NCBI GenBank assembly: GCA_002404155.1
Contig: DHJC01000015.1
Location: 100,887-164,886 of the forward strand
Reading direction: 5' to 3'
Source of the DNA: Chloroflexi bacterium UBA4730
Lineage (GTDB): Bacteria; Chloroflexota; Limnocylindria; P2-11E
Length of the DNA stretch: 64,000 bases
The position numbers and the translations under genes were made by a program. Of the stretch, positions 46,127-55,512 are shown piece by piece. A model generated the notes under the pieces. That model saw only the letters and a program-made list of their open reading frames with translations. It had not been told where the DNA came from and searched no databases. Positions within the stretch are counted from its first letter, which is position 1, and each line of letters starts with the position of its first letter.

Positions 46127-46216
46127 GCGCGGACGCTATGCGGCACCCCTGCCCGTCACAGTGCTGCCTCGGCTCAGGGGAGGTTGCGGTTGGGCATCGG
46201 CTGCGGGGGCTCGCCG

Positions 46217-49200
46217 CTACTCGGTCGAAACGGTCTGGTCGACGATCTCGCCGCCGGGACGGATCGCCAAGAATGCCGTCCTCGCCGCGTGCGCGAGCGT
46301 CCGCACCACATCCGCGTCGTCGTCCTGGCCCGAGCCGAGGAGCGCGCGGCCGTAGCCCGCCAGCAGCTCGCGCAATTCCGGCAGCTCGGACTCGCGGGGC
46401 GGCCCGACGTGCACCTTCGCGCCTTTCGCGAGGCGCGCGTGGATACCGGCGGGGTCGATGCCGCGCGTCGCGTCGACACGGACGAACACGATGCCGCCGG
46501 ACATGCCCGAGCAGATCCAGCGTCCGGGATCGCCGAGGACGACCGCGGTGCCGGCGGTCATGTACTCGAACGCGAAGCCGCCGAGGTCGCCGCCGAGCAC
46601 GACCAGGGCACCGGAGAGGCGGATGCAGGCCCGCGCGTCGGCCCCGCCCTGCACGAAGAAGCGTCCGCGCTGGGCGCCGTAGGCGAAGCACTTCCCCACG
46701 CCGCCATCGACGAACGTGCCCGCGGCGTTCGGCGCCTTGAGGATCGTGACCGTACCGCCGAGCGCGGTCTTGGCCGCGCCGTCCTGCGCGCCGCCGCCGA
46801 GATCGAGCGCCATGCCGTCGGTGAGGTAGGCCCCGAACCCGTTCCCCGCGACCGAGCCGGTGCGGATGGGCGTGACCTGCGGGATCGGCAACGTGCCGCC
46901 GATGCGGGCGCGAGCGAGGGACCCAGAGCCCGCGGTGCCGACGAAGCGATGCGCGCTCGAGAGCGGCTCGTCCGCGACCGCTGCCAGGGCGCCGGCGGTC
47001 ACGAGCGCGCCGGCGCTCACCGTCTCGCCGGCGGGCTCCAGAAGCGCCGCGAGGTCGAGGCGATCCCGCGCGCGGACCTGCCGGAGCAGATCGCTGCGGC
47101 CGACGAGGTCGCGCACGGTCACGAGACCGAGCGACGCGACGATCCGCGCGAGGTCCGCGCGCATCGCGCCGAAGAACCGCTCGAGCTGCGCGACGGCGCG
47201 GTCGAGCTCCTGCGGCTCGAACCGCTTCATCCCGCGCTCGGTGGCTTCGGCGATCGACTCGATCTGCGTCGCGATGCCGACATGGCACGTGTCGAGCTGG
47301 CAGCCGCGGCAGATCGTGCAGCCGATCGCCACCATCGCCAGCGTCCCGAATCCGACGCGGTCCGCGCCGAGGCAGAGCATCTTCACGATGTCGAGCGCGC
47401 TCTTCATGCCGCCGTCACACCAGAGCTCGACGCGATCGCGCAGGCCGCTTCGGACGAGTGCGCGGTGTGCCTCGACGACCCCGATCTCCGCCGGCAGCCC
47501 CGCCCGGCGGAGCGCGTGCTGGCGCGCGGCACCGGTGCCACCGTCGTAGCCGGACACGGTAACGATGTCGGCGCCGGACTTGGCGATGCCCGTCGCGATG
47601 ATCCCGATGTCCGGCACGGCCGGCACCTTCACCGAGACCTTCGCGTCGGGATTCACCGTCTTCAGCTCTCGGACGACCTGCGCGAGGTCCTCGATCGAGT
47701 AGATGTCGTGATTGTTCGACGGTGAGATGAGGTCGACGCCGGGCTTCGCGTTGCGGGCGAGCGCGACCTTCGCCGACACCTTCCGCCCGGGCAGGTGCCC
47801 GCCCTCGCCGGGCTTGGCACCCTGGCCGATCTTGATCTCGAGGTAGTGCGACGAGTTCGCGAGCAGCGCGGACACCCCGAAGCGGCCCGACGCGATCTGC
47901 TGGCCACGCCACTTCGGATACTTGCCGAGCAGGTCCGGCAGCTCACCGCCCTCGCCGTTGATGCAGAGGATGTCGAGGCGCTTCGCCGCCTCCGCATACG
48001 CGCGGTACGCGGTCTCGCCCTGCGAACCGAAGGACATCGACGAGATGTAGAACGGCGCGCTGTGCTCGCCCGCCGTCGTCGACGCATCCTCGGCCGGCGG
48101 ACCGGCGGGCCGCACGTCGAGCGCGTGGCGCAGCGAGACCGGGTGCTCGGCCTCGATGGCCGCGAGCTTCTCGGCGTACACCGCGTACGCGGTCTCGCCG
48201 GTGGCGACACCGAGCGCGGCCTTCCATAGCCGCGGGTAGATGCGGAACGCGGGCTCGAGCCGGGCCGGCGTGCGCTCGCGCAGCATCGTCGCGCGCTCGA
48301 ACCCGTCGCGCGCGAGCGCGTCCCAGCCGGTCCCGACGAAGGTACTCGCCCCGAACGTGCGCACGCCGAGGATCGCCGCGACGTCCGGGGTGAGGCCGAT
48401 CGCGGAGAACGCCCGGCCGTAGCCCCGCACCTCGTGCATCCCGAGGGTCGAGCAGACCTTCTCGATGCCCTTGCGCAGCGCCTCGAGGAGGTTGGGGAGC
48501 GCGTCGGGATCGCCCGTGGCAAGGGCGTGCTCGAAGAGCAGGTACGGATTGACCGCGTCGGCGCCGAGCCCGAGGGCGACGACGACGTCGTGGAGATTGC
48601 GCAGGCTCCCCGACGAGAGGAGCAGGGCGCACTCGCGGCGCAGCGACCCATTGGGCGCGGGCTGCGCGATGAGCGCGCGATGGGCGGCTGCGATCACGAG
48701 GAGCGGGTCGATCCACGCCCGGCCCTCGGCGCGGATCCCGCGGTCGCGCACGAGCACGACCCGGGTGCCGCCGCGCACCGCATGCGTCGCGGCGTTCGCG
48801 AGACGGGTCAGCGCGTCGCGGGGATCCTCTTCCCAGTCTCGGTCGGCCTCGAGCACCACGGCCGCCCGGCGACCCCGCCCGCCGAGCTCGGCGACGAGAT
48901 CCTCGACGAGCCACGTGCCGGCCGCGCGCGCGAGCGGGCGGAGGTCGTCGAGCGCGATCGCGCTCTCGGGCGCATGCCCGCCCAGCAGGAGGGGCACGCG
49001 CAGCTCGAGCCACGGCCGTGGTTTCCCGGAGCCGTCGATGGACGGCCGCGGTCCGATGACGACGCGGGTGGAGAAGTGCTCGATCTCGCGCTCCCGGTCG
49101 ATCGCCGGATTCGTGACGACGGCGACGGTCTCCTGGAGGTAGTCGGCGAGGTTCGCCCGCTTCGTCGCGAGCGCGGCGAGCGGACCGTCGTAGCCGAGCG

Positions 49201-50626
49201 ACCCGATCGGCTCATTGCCGGTCTCCTCCATGAACGCCGCCTGCTTCAGGTCCTCGGGCTCATAGCCCAGCGCCGCGAACTGCTGCTCCCGGCGGATCGC
49301 GAGATCTTCGATCTCGTCCGGCATGACGCTGAGCTCGATCCGGCGGCCGGGCGGCTTCGCCGCCGCCTCCGAGGCCACCGCTGGTCCACCTGCCTCGAGG
49401 CGCCGACGATCGTCGGGCGGCGCGCAGCCGCGCTTTGCCCGCAGCGCGACGAAACGCGCGCGCAGGTTCGGCTCGTCGAGGTACCGCCAGCCGCGGGCGG
49501 TGCGCTCGAGGCCGGCGTGCTCGCCCGGCGCGAGCGGACGCGGATCGGTGCTGTACCGCTCGAGCGGGATGAAGCCGCGCTCGCTCGCGAAGACGTGGGC
49601 CTCGTCCGTCTCGACGTGCCACAGCGGCCGAAGCCCCATCGCGTCAACGCCGACCAGGCAGAGGTCGCCGACCCGCGCGACGAACGCGGCCGGCCCCTGC
49701 GCGAACGGGCCGAACGCGGCGCGCGCGCGGGTGAAGGCGTCCTGGCCCTGCGGGTCCATCCGCCGCACCTCGTTCACGATCGGGGGAAAGAGCAGCTCGA
49801 GCGCTTCGATCGGATCGAGGCCGCGCCCGAGCACGAGGGCCCGGAGCGTCGCATCGACGTCCTGCGAGTCGCTGCCGTCGCGCGACAGCGCGAGGCCGAG
49901 CGAGGCGGCCTCCTCGCGCAACCGGGCGATCGTGTTGATCTCGCCGTTGTGGGCGAACGCCGCGAAGGGCTGGACGCGCTCGAAGCTCGTCGTCGTGTTC
50001 GTGGCGAAGCGATCGTGCCCGAACGCCATCGACGTGCGGAACCGCGGATCCGCGAGATCCGTGAAGTACGCCGAAAGCTGCTGCGGATGGCCGCGCAGCT
50101 TGTAGACGGCGGTGCTGCGCGAAAGGCTGATGATCGTCGCCGATGTCGCCTGCTCGACCTCGGCACCGACCCGATACAGGCGCCGCCCGGCGCGGCGCGC
50201 CGGACCGAGCACCTGGAGCGCGAGCTGCCAGAACCGCGGCTCGCCGGCCTGCGCGCGCGGCCCGAGCGCGGCGCGGCGGGTCGTGCCATGGCGCTCGAGG
50301 AGGATGCGGATCCGATGGCGCGCGAGGATCCGGCGCACCTCCGCTTGCACGAGCTCGTCGTCGTGCGGCGGGACGAACAGATGCGCGACCGCGAAGGCGC
50401 GGTCGAGTACCCGCGATGGATCGAGCCGGGCGGCGGCGAGCGCGTCGGCCCAGAGCTCGCGCGGGATGTCGGTCAGGACGCCGGCGCCGTCGCCTTCGCC
50501 GTCGATCGAGCCGGAGCGATGGGCGAGGCACTCGAGGCCGCGGATCGTCTCCGCGAGGACCTCGCGCGTCGCGGCGCCGTCCTTGCGGGCGATCGCCACC
50601 AGCGCGCAGGCGTCGCGTTCGTCCAT
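46217..50626 (-). CDS. gltB: glutamate synthase large subunit
   Basis: 1469 aa. N-terminal Ntn-amidotransferase Cys after a short propeptide (MDERDAC), an FMN/Fe-S central domain (GEGGE, CxxxxxC...C context) and a C-terminal GXGXG beta-helix domain. No gltD follows within the window. Confidence 0.95.
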   Translation of the reverse strand: MDERDACALVAIARKDGAATREVLAETIRGLECLAHRSGSIDGEGDGAGVLTDIPRELWADALAAARLDPSRVLDRAFAVAHLFVPPHDDELVQAEVRRILARHRIRILLERHGTTRRAALGPRAQAGEPRFWQLALQVLGPARRAGRRLYRVGAEVEQATSATIISLSRSTAVYKLRGHPQQLSAYFTDLADPRFRTSMAFGHDRFATNTTTSFERVQPFAAFAHNGEINTIARLREEAASLGLALSRDGSDSQDVDATLRALVLGRGLDPIEALELLFPPIVNEVRRMDPQGQDAFTRARAAFGPFAQGPAAFVARVGDLCLVGVDAMGLRPLWHVETDEAHVFASERGFIPLERYSTDPRPLAPGEHAGLERTARGWRYLDEPNLRARFVALRAKRGCAPPDDRRRLEAGGPAVASEAAAKPPGRRIELSVMPDEIEDLAIRREQQFAALGYEPEDLKQAAFMEETGNEPIGSLGYDGPLAALATKRANLADYLQETVAVVTNPAIDREREIEHFSTRVVIGPRPSIDGSGKPRPWLELRVPLLLGGHAPESAIALDDLRPLARAAGTWLVEDLVAELGGRGRRAAVVLEADRDWEEDPRDALTRLANAATHAVRGGTRVVLVRDRGIRAEGRAWIDPLLVIAAAHRALIAQPAPNGSLRRECALLLSSGSLRNLHDVVVALGLGADAVNPYLLFEHALATGDPDALPNLLEALRKGIEKVCSTLGMHEVRGYGRAFSAIGLTPDVAAILGVRTFGASTFVGTGWDALARDGFERATMLRERTPARLEPAFRIYPRLWKAALGVATGETAYAVYAEKLAAIEAEHPVSLRHALDVRPAGPPAEDASTTAGEHSAPFYISSMSFGSQGETAYRAYAEAAKRLDILCINGEGGELPDLLGKYPKWRGQQIASGRFGVSALLANSSHYLEIKIGQGAKPGEGGHLPGRKVSAKVALARNAKPGVDLISPSNNHDIYSIEDLAQVVRELKTVNPDAKVSVKVPAVPDIGIIATGIAKSGADIVTVSGYDGGTGAARQHALRRAGLPAEIGVVEAHRALVRSGLRDRVELWCDGGMKSALDIVKMLCLGADRVGFGTLAMVAIGCTICRGCQLDTCHVGIATQIESIAEATERGMKRFEPQELDRAVAQLERFFGAMRADLARIVASLGLVTVRDLVGRSDLLRQVRARDRLDLAALLEPAGETVSAGALVTAGALAAVADEPLSSAHRFVGTAGSGSLARARIGGTLPIPQVTPIRTGSVAGNGFGAYLTDGMALDLGGGAQDGAAKTALGGTVTILKAPNAAGTFVDGGVGKCFAYGAQRGRFFVQGGADARACIRLSGALVVLGGDLGGFAFEYMTAGTAVVLGDPGRWICSGMSGGIVFVRVDATRGIDPAGIHARLAKGAKVHVGPPRESELPELRELLAGYGRALLGSGQDDDADVVRTLAHAARTAFLAIRPGGEIVDQTVSTE

Positions 50627-50710
50627 GGACGGACGCTAAGGAGCGGGCAGGTCGCGGGTCAGGGTCGGCCGCGTTGCCGTTGGGTGACGGTCGCCGTCAC
50701 ACTTCGCGAA

Positions 50711-51289
50711 GTGAAATGGTCCGTGGCCCTGGCCTGCGCCGCGGTGAACGGCGCCGCGGCGATCGTCCTCGCGACGGTGCTCGCGCCGGGTGTCTCGCTC
50801 GCGCCGGCCGCGTCGAACGCGACCTACATCGCCCTGCACCTCGGCGTCTGGCGCGCGGGCTGGGCGGTGTGGATCGCCGCGGCGCTGTCGCTCCTCGCGT
50901 TCTTCCGGTGGTGGGGTTCGCGCATCGGGTGGCCGAGCCTCGCGCGGGTCGCGATCGCCGTCGCGGTGGCGGGCGTCGCTGCGGACGTCGTCGCCGAGAC
51001 CCGGATCATCGCCTGGTCGCCCGACCAGCCGTTCGACATCGTTGGCCCGCTGCGGCTGAGCGGCGTCGTCGCGAACGGCCTGTACAGCGTGGCCGGCGCG
51101 CTGCTCACCCTCGCGACCAACGCCGTCCCGCGGTGGCTCGCGACCTGGTCATGGGCGATCTGGCTCCTCGGCATCGCGCTCGCGATCGCCACGGCGGTGT
51201 CGAGCGACGCCGCGAGCGAGGTCGTGACCGCCACGCTGTTCGCACTCCTCGTGCCGTGGCTCGTCGTGTTCGGGCGGCGGATCGCCTGA
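50711..51289 (+). CDS. hypothetical integral membrane protein
   Basis: The last 192 codons of track ORF 48434..51289 are hydrophobic and Trp-rich. The upstream part is antisense to gltB. GTG 50711. Confidence 0.55.
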   Translation: MKWSVALACAAVNGAAAIVLATVLAPGVSLAPAASNATYIALHLGVWRAGWAVWIAAALSLLAFFRWWGSRIGWPSLARVAIAVAVAGVAADVVAETRIIAWSPDQPFDIVGPLRLSGVVANGLYSVAGALLTLATNAVPRWLATWSWAIWLLGIALAIATAVSSDAASEVVTATLFALLVPWLVVFGRRIA

Positions 51290-52227
51290 GACGGGTCATC
51301 GTCCTCGGCGCGCGCGGGTTCTTCGGCGCGCACGCCGTTCGCCTGCTGCGCGCTGCCGCCGTCCCGGCGGTGAGACTGGCGCGGGCGGACGCGGACGCGG
51401 AGGATCGCGCGTCGCTCCGATCGGCGCTGCACCCGAACGACGTGATCCTCGACGCCGCAGGTCCGTTCCAGACGCGGTCGACCGTGCTCCTCGACGTCGC
51501 GCTCGAGCTCGGCGCGGACCTCGTGGATCTGTCCGACAGCCTGTCCTATGCGCGATCGATGCGCGCACGGGAGGACGAGATCGCGGAGCGCGGTATCGCG
51601 GTGCTCACCGGCTGCAGCGCCATTTCGGCGGTCGCCGCGACGCTCGTCCGCGAGAGCGCGGTCGGCGAGGTCCGGCGGGTCGACGCGTGGCTCGCACCGG
51701 CGTCACGCGACACGGCGACCGTGGCGACCGCGCGAGCATTCCTGGCCTCCGTCAGCGCCTCGACCTGGAACGCATGCGACTTCGCGCAGGTGCGCGGCAT
51801 GCGAGTGGACAGCGGCCTTTCGGTCCAGCTCCCCGCGATCTGGCCGAGCCTCGCGGAGGCCGCATTCTGGGTCGATCCGCACACTCGCGGCGCGGCGGCG
51901 CTGGTGGAGCTCGCGGCGCGCTCCAGCCTGGTGCGGCGCGCGATGGACGCGGCGGTCCCGTTTGGCCTCCGGCTCGCGCGCCTGGCTGGCACGCACGACG
52001 GCATCTTCGCCGTCCGGATCGAGGGATCCGCCGGGGTCTCGCGGTGGATCATCCGCGCGCCGCGCGGGAGCTACCTGCTGGCGCTCGGACCGGCGACCAT
52101 CGCCGTCCGCCGTCTGGCGTCGGGCAAGCGCGGACCGCATGGCCTCGTTCCGGCGGACGAGCACGTATCCGCCGAGGCGCTCTTCGCGTACCTCGAGGCG
52201 CAGCGGATCACCGTGGAGCGGATCTAG
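51286..52227 (+). CDS. saccharopine dehydrogenase-like NAD(P)-binding protein
   Basis: Rossmann start RRVIVLGARGFFGAHAV. Start is either CTG 51286 nested in the upstream TGA, or GTG 51256 (34-nt overlap). Confidence 0.6.
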   Translation: MRRVIVLGARGFFGAHAVRLLRAAAVPAVRLARADADAEDRASLRSALHPNDVILDAAGPFQTRSTVLLDVALELGADLVDLSDSLSYARSMRAREDEIAERGIAVLTGCSAISAVAATLVRESAVGEVRRVDAWLAPASRDTATVATARAFLASVSASTWNACDFAQVRGMRVDSGLSVQLPAIWPSLAEAAFWVDPHTRGAAALVELAARSSLVRRAMDAAVPFGLRLARLAGTHDGIFAVRIEGSAGVSRWIIRAPRGSYLLALGPATIAVRRLASGKRGPHGLVPADEHVSAEALFAYLEAQRITVERI

Positions 52228-52892
52228 CCGAGCTTGTAGCCGACACCGCGCACGTTCGCGGGCACCGGCGCGCCCGCAGCCTCGAGCTTGGAGCGCAGCC
52301 GCGCGAGGTGGGCTTTCAGCCACTCCGGGTCGGGATCGCGCTCGTCGGGCCAGCCGGCACGAAGGAGCGACTTGCGATCCACGAGCTCGCCGGGGTGCGC
52401 GGCGAGCGCCGCGAGCAGCCGGAACTCCGTCGGCGTGAGCGGCAGCTCCGCTCCACCCATCCGCGCGCTGTGGGCCCGCGTGTCGATGCGCAGGCCGCCG
52501 ATGTCCGTCGACGTGGCCGGGCCGGTGCTGCGCGGTGCCCGGCGAAGCAACGCCCGCACGCGCGCGAGGAGCTCCTTGCGGCCGAATGGCTTCTCCAGGT
52601 AGTCGTCGGCGCCGAGGTCGAGGAGCTTCACGCGCTCGTCCTCGCCTTTCTCGCCGGTGAGCATCAGGATCGGCGTCGGCGCGATCGCCCGGATCCGTTT
52701 GCAGATCTCATCGCCGCTCATCTTGGGCAGGCGGCGATCGAGGATGACCAGGTCCGGCAGCTCCTCGGCGTGCCGGCGGAGCGCGGTCTCACCGTCGTAC
52801 GCGGTGAGCAGGTCGTAGCCTTCCGCGCCCAAGAGCGACGCGACCATCCCGACGAGCGCCCGGTCGTCGTCGACGATGAGGACGCTGGTCAT
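52224..52892 (-). CDS. OmpR-family response regulator
   Basis: Receiver MTSVLIVDDD...DLVILDRRLPKMSG and a winged-helix C-terminus (VRGVGYKL). ATGA overlap with the kinase stop. Confidence 0.9.
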   Translation of the reverse strand: MTSVLIVDDDRALVGMVASLLGAEGYDLLTAYDGETALRRHAEELPDLVILDRRLPKMSGDEICKRIRAIAPTPILMLTGEKGEDERVKLLDLGADDYLEKPFGRKELLARVRALLRRAPRSTGPATSTDIGGLRIDTRAHSARMGGAELPLTPTEFRLLAALAAHPGELVDRKSLLRAGWPDERDPDPEWLKAHLARLRSKLEAAGAPVPANVRGVGYKLG

Positions 52893-54556
52893 CGCTCCTC
52901 GCCTCGCGCGAGCGGCACGCTGAAGGCGAAGACGCTGCCGGCCTCGCCGTTCGACCGATCCTCGTACCAGAGCGCGCCGCCCTGGGCCTCGGCCACGCGC
53001 CGGCAAGAGAAGAGCCCGATCCCCGCACCGGAGATCTCGTCCGTGCCGAGGCGGACGAACGGTTCGAAGATGCGCCGGCGGTCCTCCGGAGGCACACCGG
53101 ATCCTTCGTCGGCGACGCGGACGATCGCGCGCTCCTTCTCCTTCGCCACCGTGACGGCGATCGCCGTCCCGGTGGGCGCGTACTTCGTGGCGTTGTGCAC
53201 GAGCCCGGCGACGACCTCGGCCGTCCGGCGCTTGTCTCCCCGAGCCCAGAGCGGCGCGCCCGCGCGCGGGCCGCGCAGGGTGTGCTTGCGGGCCATCGGC
53301 CCCATCTCGCGCACCGCGCTCACCAGTCCGGCGCGCAGGTCGAAGCGCGTGCGGCGGACATTGATGTCCGGACGATCGTCCTTGACCGAGGCGAGGATCC
53401 GGTCGACGAGCTGATCGAGCCGCTCGACCTGCGCGGAGGCCTCGGCGAGCCGCAGCTGGTGGCCGTTCTTGCTCTTCCGGGTCTGCTCCGCGAAGAGGTC
53501 CAGGTAGCCGCGGACGACCGACAGCGGCGTACGCAGATCGTGGGTGACGACGGCGACGAAGTCCGAGCGCGCGCGATCGAGCTCGCGCAGGCGCTCGGAG
53601 GTCCTGCGCTCGAGCGCATAGAGGGAGGCCTTGTCGATCGCGAGCGCGGCCTGGTTCGCGAGCGCGCCGACGAACGCCGCCTCGGTCTCGGCGAATTCGG
53701 TGTGACCCGGCACATGGAGCGCGACCGCGCCGACGAGCCGGTCGCCGGCGATGAGCGGCAGCGCGAGGCCGTCAGGGGAGACGACCGGGCGGGTCTCGGC
53801 GAGGGCCGTCCGCGCCGCCGCGAGCGCGGACCGCGGGAGCGCGCCGGAGCTCGCACGCAACACCGCTTCGCCGGTCTCGTCGCGCAGCAGGATGCCGCCC
53901 GAGGCGCCCGGATACACGCGCACGAGCCGGTCGACGACCAGGCCGAGCACCTCGTCAAGCTCCAGCGTCGAGGTGAGGACGTTGGAGACCTCGAAGAGCG
54001 CGGAGACCTCGCGGAGCTTGCGCTCGGCGTCGCGTTGCAGCCGGCTCTTCTCGATGATGCCGGCGACCTGGTTGGCGATGGTCTGCAGGAAATCGATCTC
54101 GCCGCGCTCGAACTCGCGCAGCTCGACGGTCTGGACGTTCATCACGCCGATGACCTCGTCGCGGATGACGAGGGGCACGCTGAGCATCGAGGTGAAGCGG
54201 TCGACGTCGACCGAGGGCACGACCTTCCACCGCGGTTCCGCGTGGACGTCGCGCACGGTGAGCGGGACGCGCGCGTTCGCGACCCAGCCGGTAATGCCCT
54301 CGCCGAGGCGCAGCGTCGCCTTGCCGATCGCGCGCGGATTCAGACCGTTGCTCGCGACAAGGCGCAGGAGCCCATCGCGCCTCTCGACGAGGTAGAGGGA
54401 CGAGACCTCCGCGTGCATCGCGTCGGTCGTTCGATCGATGACGATGCGCAGCATCTCGTCCCAATCGCGTGTCGAGGACGCGAGCTGCGCGATCTCACGA
54501 AGGAACGACAGCTCGGAGAGTTTCCGTTGGGTATCGGTGTCCGAAGGTGCCGTCAT
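52889..54556 (-). CDS. sensor histidine kinase with two GAF domains
   Basis: Two GAF-like segments, an H box (FVAVVTHDLRTPL), and N/G boxes (LVHNATKYAP, GAGIGLF). Start at ATG 54556 preferred over 54577, which would leave only 8 nt to the divergent gene. Confidence 0.85.
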   Translation of the reverse strand: MTAPSDTDTQRKLSELSFLREIAQLASSTRDWDEMLRIVIDRTTDAMHAEVSSLYLVERRDGLLRLVASNGLNPRAIGKATLRLGEGITGWVANARVPLTVRDVHAEPRWKVVPSVDVDRFTSMLSVPLVIRDEVIGVMNVQTVELREFERGEIDFLQTIANQVAGIIEKSRLQRDAERKLREVSALFEVSNVLTSTLELDEVLGLVVDRLVRVYPGASGGILLRDETGEAVLRASSGALPRSALAAARTALAETRPVVSPDGLALPLIAGDRLVGAVALHVPGHTEFAETEAAFVGALANQAALAIDKASLYALERRTSERLRELDRARSDFVAVVTHDLRTPLSVVRGYLDLFAEQTRKSKNGHQLRLAEASAQVERLDQLVDRILASVKDDRPDINVRRTRFDLRAGLVSAVREMGPMARKHTLRGPRAGAPLWARGDKRRTAEVVAGLVHNATKYAPTGTAIAVTVAKEKERAIVRVADEGSGVPPEDRRRIFEPFVRLGTDEISGAGIGLFSCRRVAEAQGGALWYEDRSNGEAGSVFAFSVPLARGEER

Positions 54557-54585
54557 CGCTGAATGATAGAAATACACTCGCGCCG

Positions 54586-55512
54586 ATGGGCGTGGTCCTT
54601 CGCACTGAACGTCTGGTGAAGCGATTCGAGCGCCTCACCGCCGTGGAGGACCTTGACCTCGAGGTCCGCGAGGGCGAGGTCTTCGGATTCCTCGGGCCCA
54701 ATGGCGCGGGGAAGACGACAACGCTCCGCCTGTTGTGCGCCCTCATCGCCCCGACCAGCGGGACCGCGGAGGTGGCCGGGTTCCGCCTTGGCGCGCAGGA
54801 CGAGCAGATCCGCGCCTCCGTGGGCATCCTCACCGAGCAGCCCGGCCTGTATGAGCGCCAGTCCGCGGAGGACAACCTCCTGTTCTTCGCGGCCCTGTTC
54901 GGCCTCAGCCCGAAGGTGGCGCGCGCGCAGACCGAACGCTACCTGCGGCTCATGGGACTCTGGGATCGCCGCACCGAGGCCGTCGCCACGTTCTCGCGCG
55001 GCATGAAGCAGAAGATGGCCATCGCGCGCGCCGCGATCCACGAGCCACGGATCATCTTCCTCGACGAGCCGACGACCGGCCTCGACCCCGACGCCGCGCG
55101 GACGGTGCGCGAGTTCATCGCGCAGATCCGCGGCGAGGGCCGGACCGTCTTCCTGTGCACGCACAACCTCGACGAGGCCGACCGGCTCTGCGACCGCATC
55201 GCGTTCTTCCGTCGCAGCGTCATCCGCATCGATACGCCCGCGCATCTACGCGCCGAGCTCTACGGCCACGCGACCGAGTTCCGGATCCTCCCCTCGCCTC
55301 GGCCCGAGCACCTCGTGACGGTCCAGGCGGTCGACGGCGTGACCGGCGCGCAGCTCGAGAACGGTTCGATCGTCGTCTCGAGCGCCGATCCGTTCCTCGT
55401 CAATCCCCAGGTGATCCGGGCGCTGGTCGGCGCCGGCGCCGAGGTCGCGTACGTGACCGAGCGCAAGGCCTCCCTCGAGGACGTGTACCTGCGCATCGTG
55501 GAGGGCATGTGA
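54586..55512 (+). CDS. ABC transporter ATP-binding protein (ABC-2/daunorubicin-type exporter)
   Basis: Walker A GPNGAGKTT, signature FSRGMKQK, Walker B IIFLDEPT. Confidence 0.9.
   Translation: MGVVLRTERLVKRFERLTAVEDLDLEVREGEVFGFLGPNGAGKTTTLRLLCALIAPTSGTAEVAGFRLGAQDEQIRASVGILTEQPGLYERQSAEDNLLFFAALFGLSPKVARAQTERYLRLMGLWDRRTEAVATFSRGMKQKMAIARAAIHEPRIIFLDEPTTGLDPDAARTVREFIAQIRGEGRTVFLCTHNLDEADRLCDRIAFFRRSVIRIDTPAHLRAELYGHATEFRILPSPRPEHLVTVQAVDGVTGAQLENGSIVVSSADPFLVNPQVIRALVGAGAEVAYVTERKASLEDVYLRIVEGM

Noticed and set aside
48434-50710. Upstream 760 codons of the 951-aa plus-strand ORF, and the 694-aa ORF 50143-52227
   Set aside because: They are antisense to gltB and low-complexity. Only the 3' portions (50711-51289 and 51286-52227) look like real genes.
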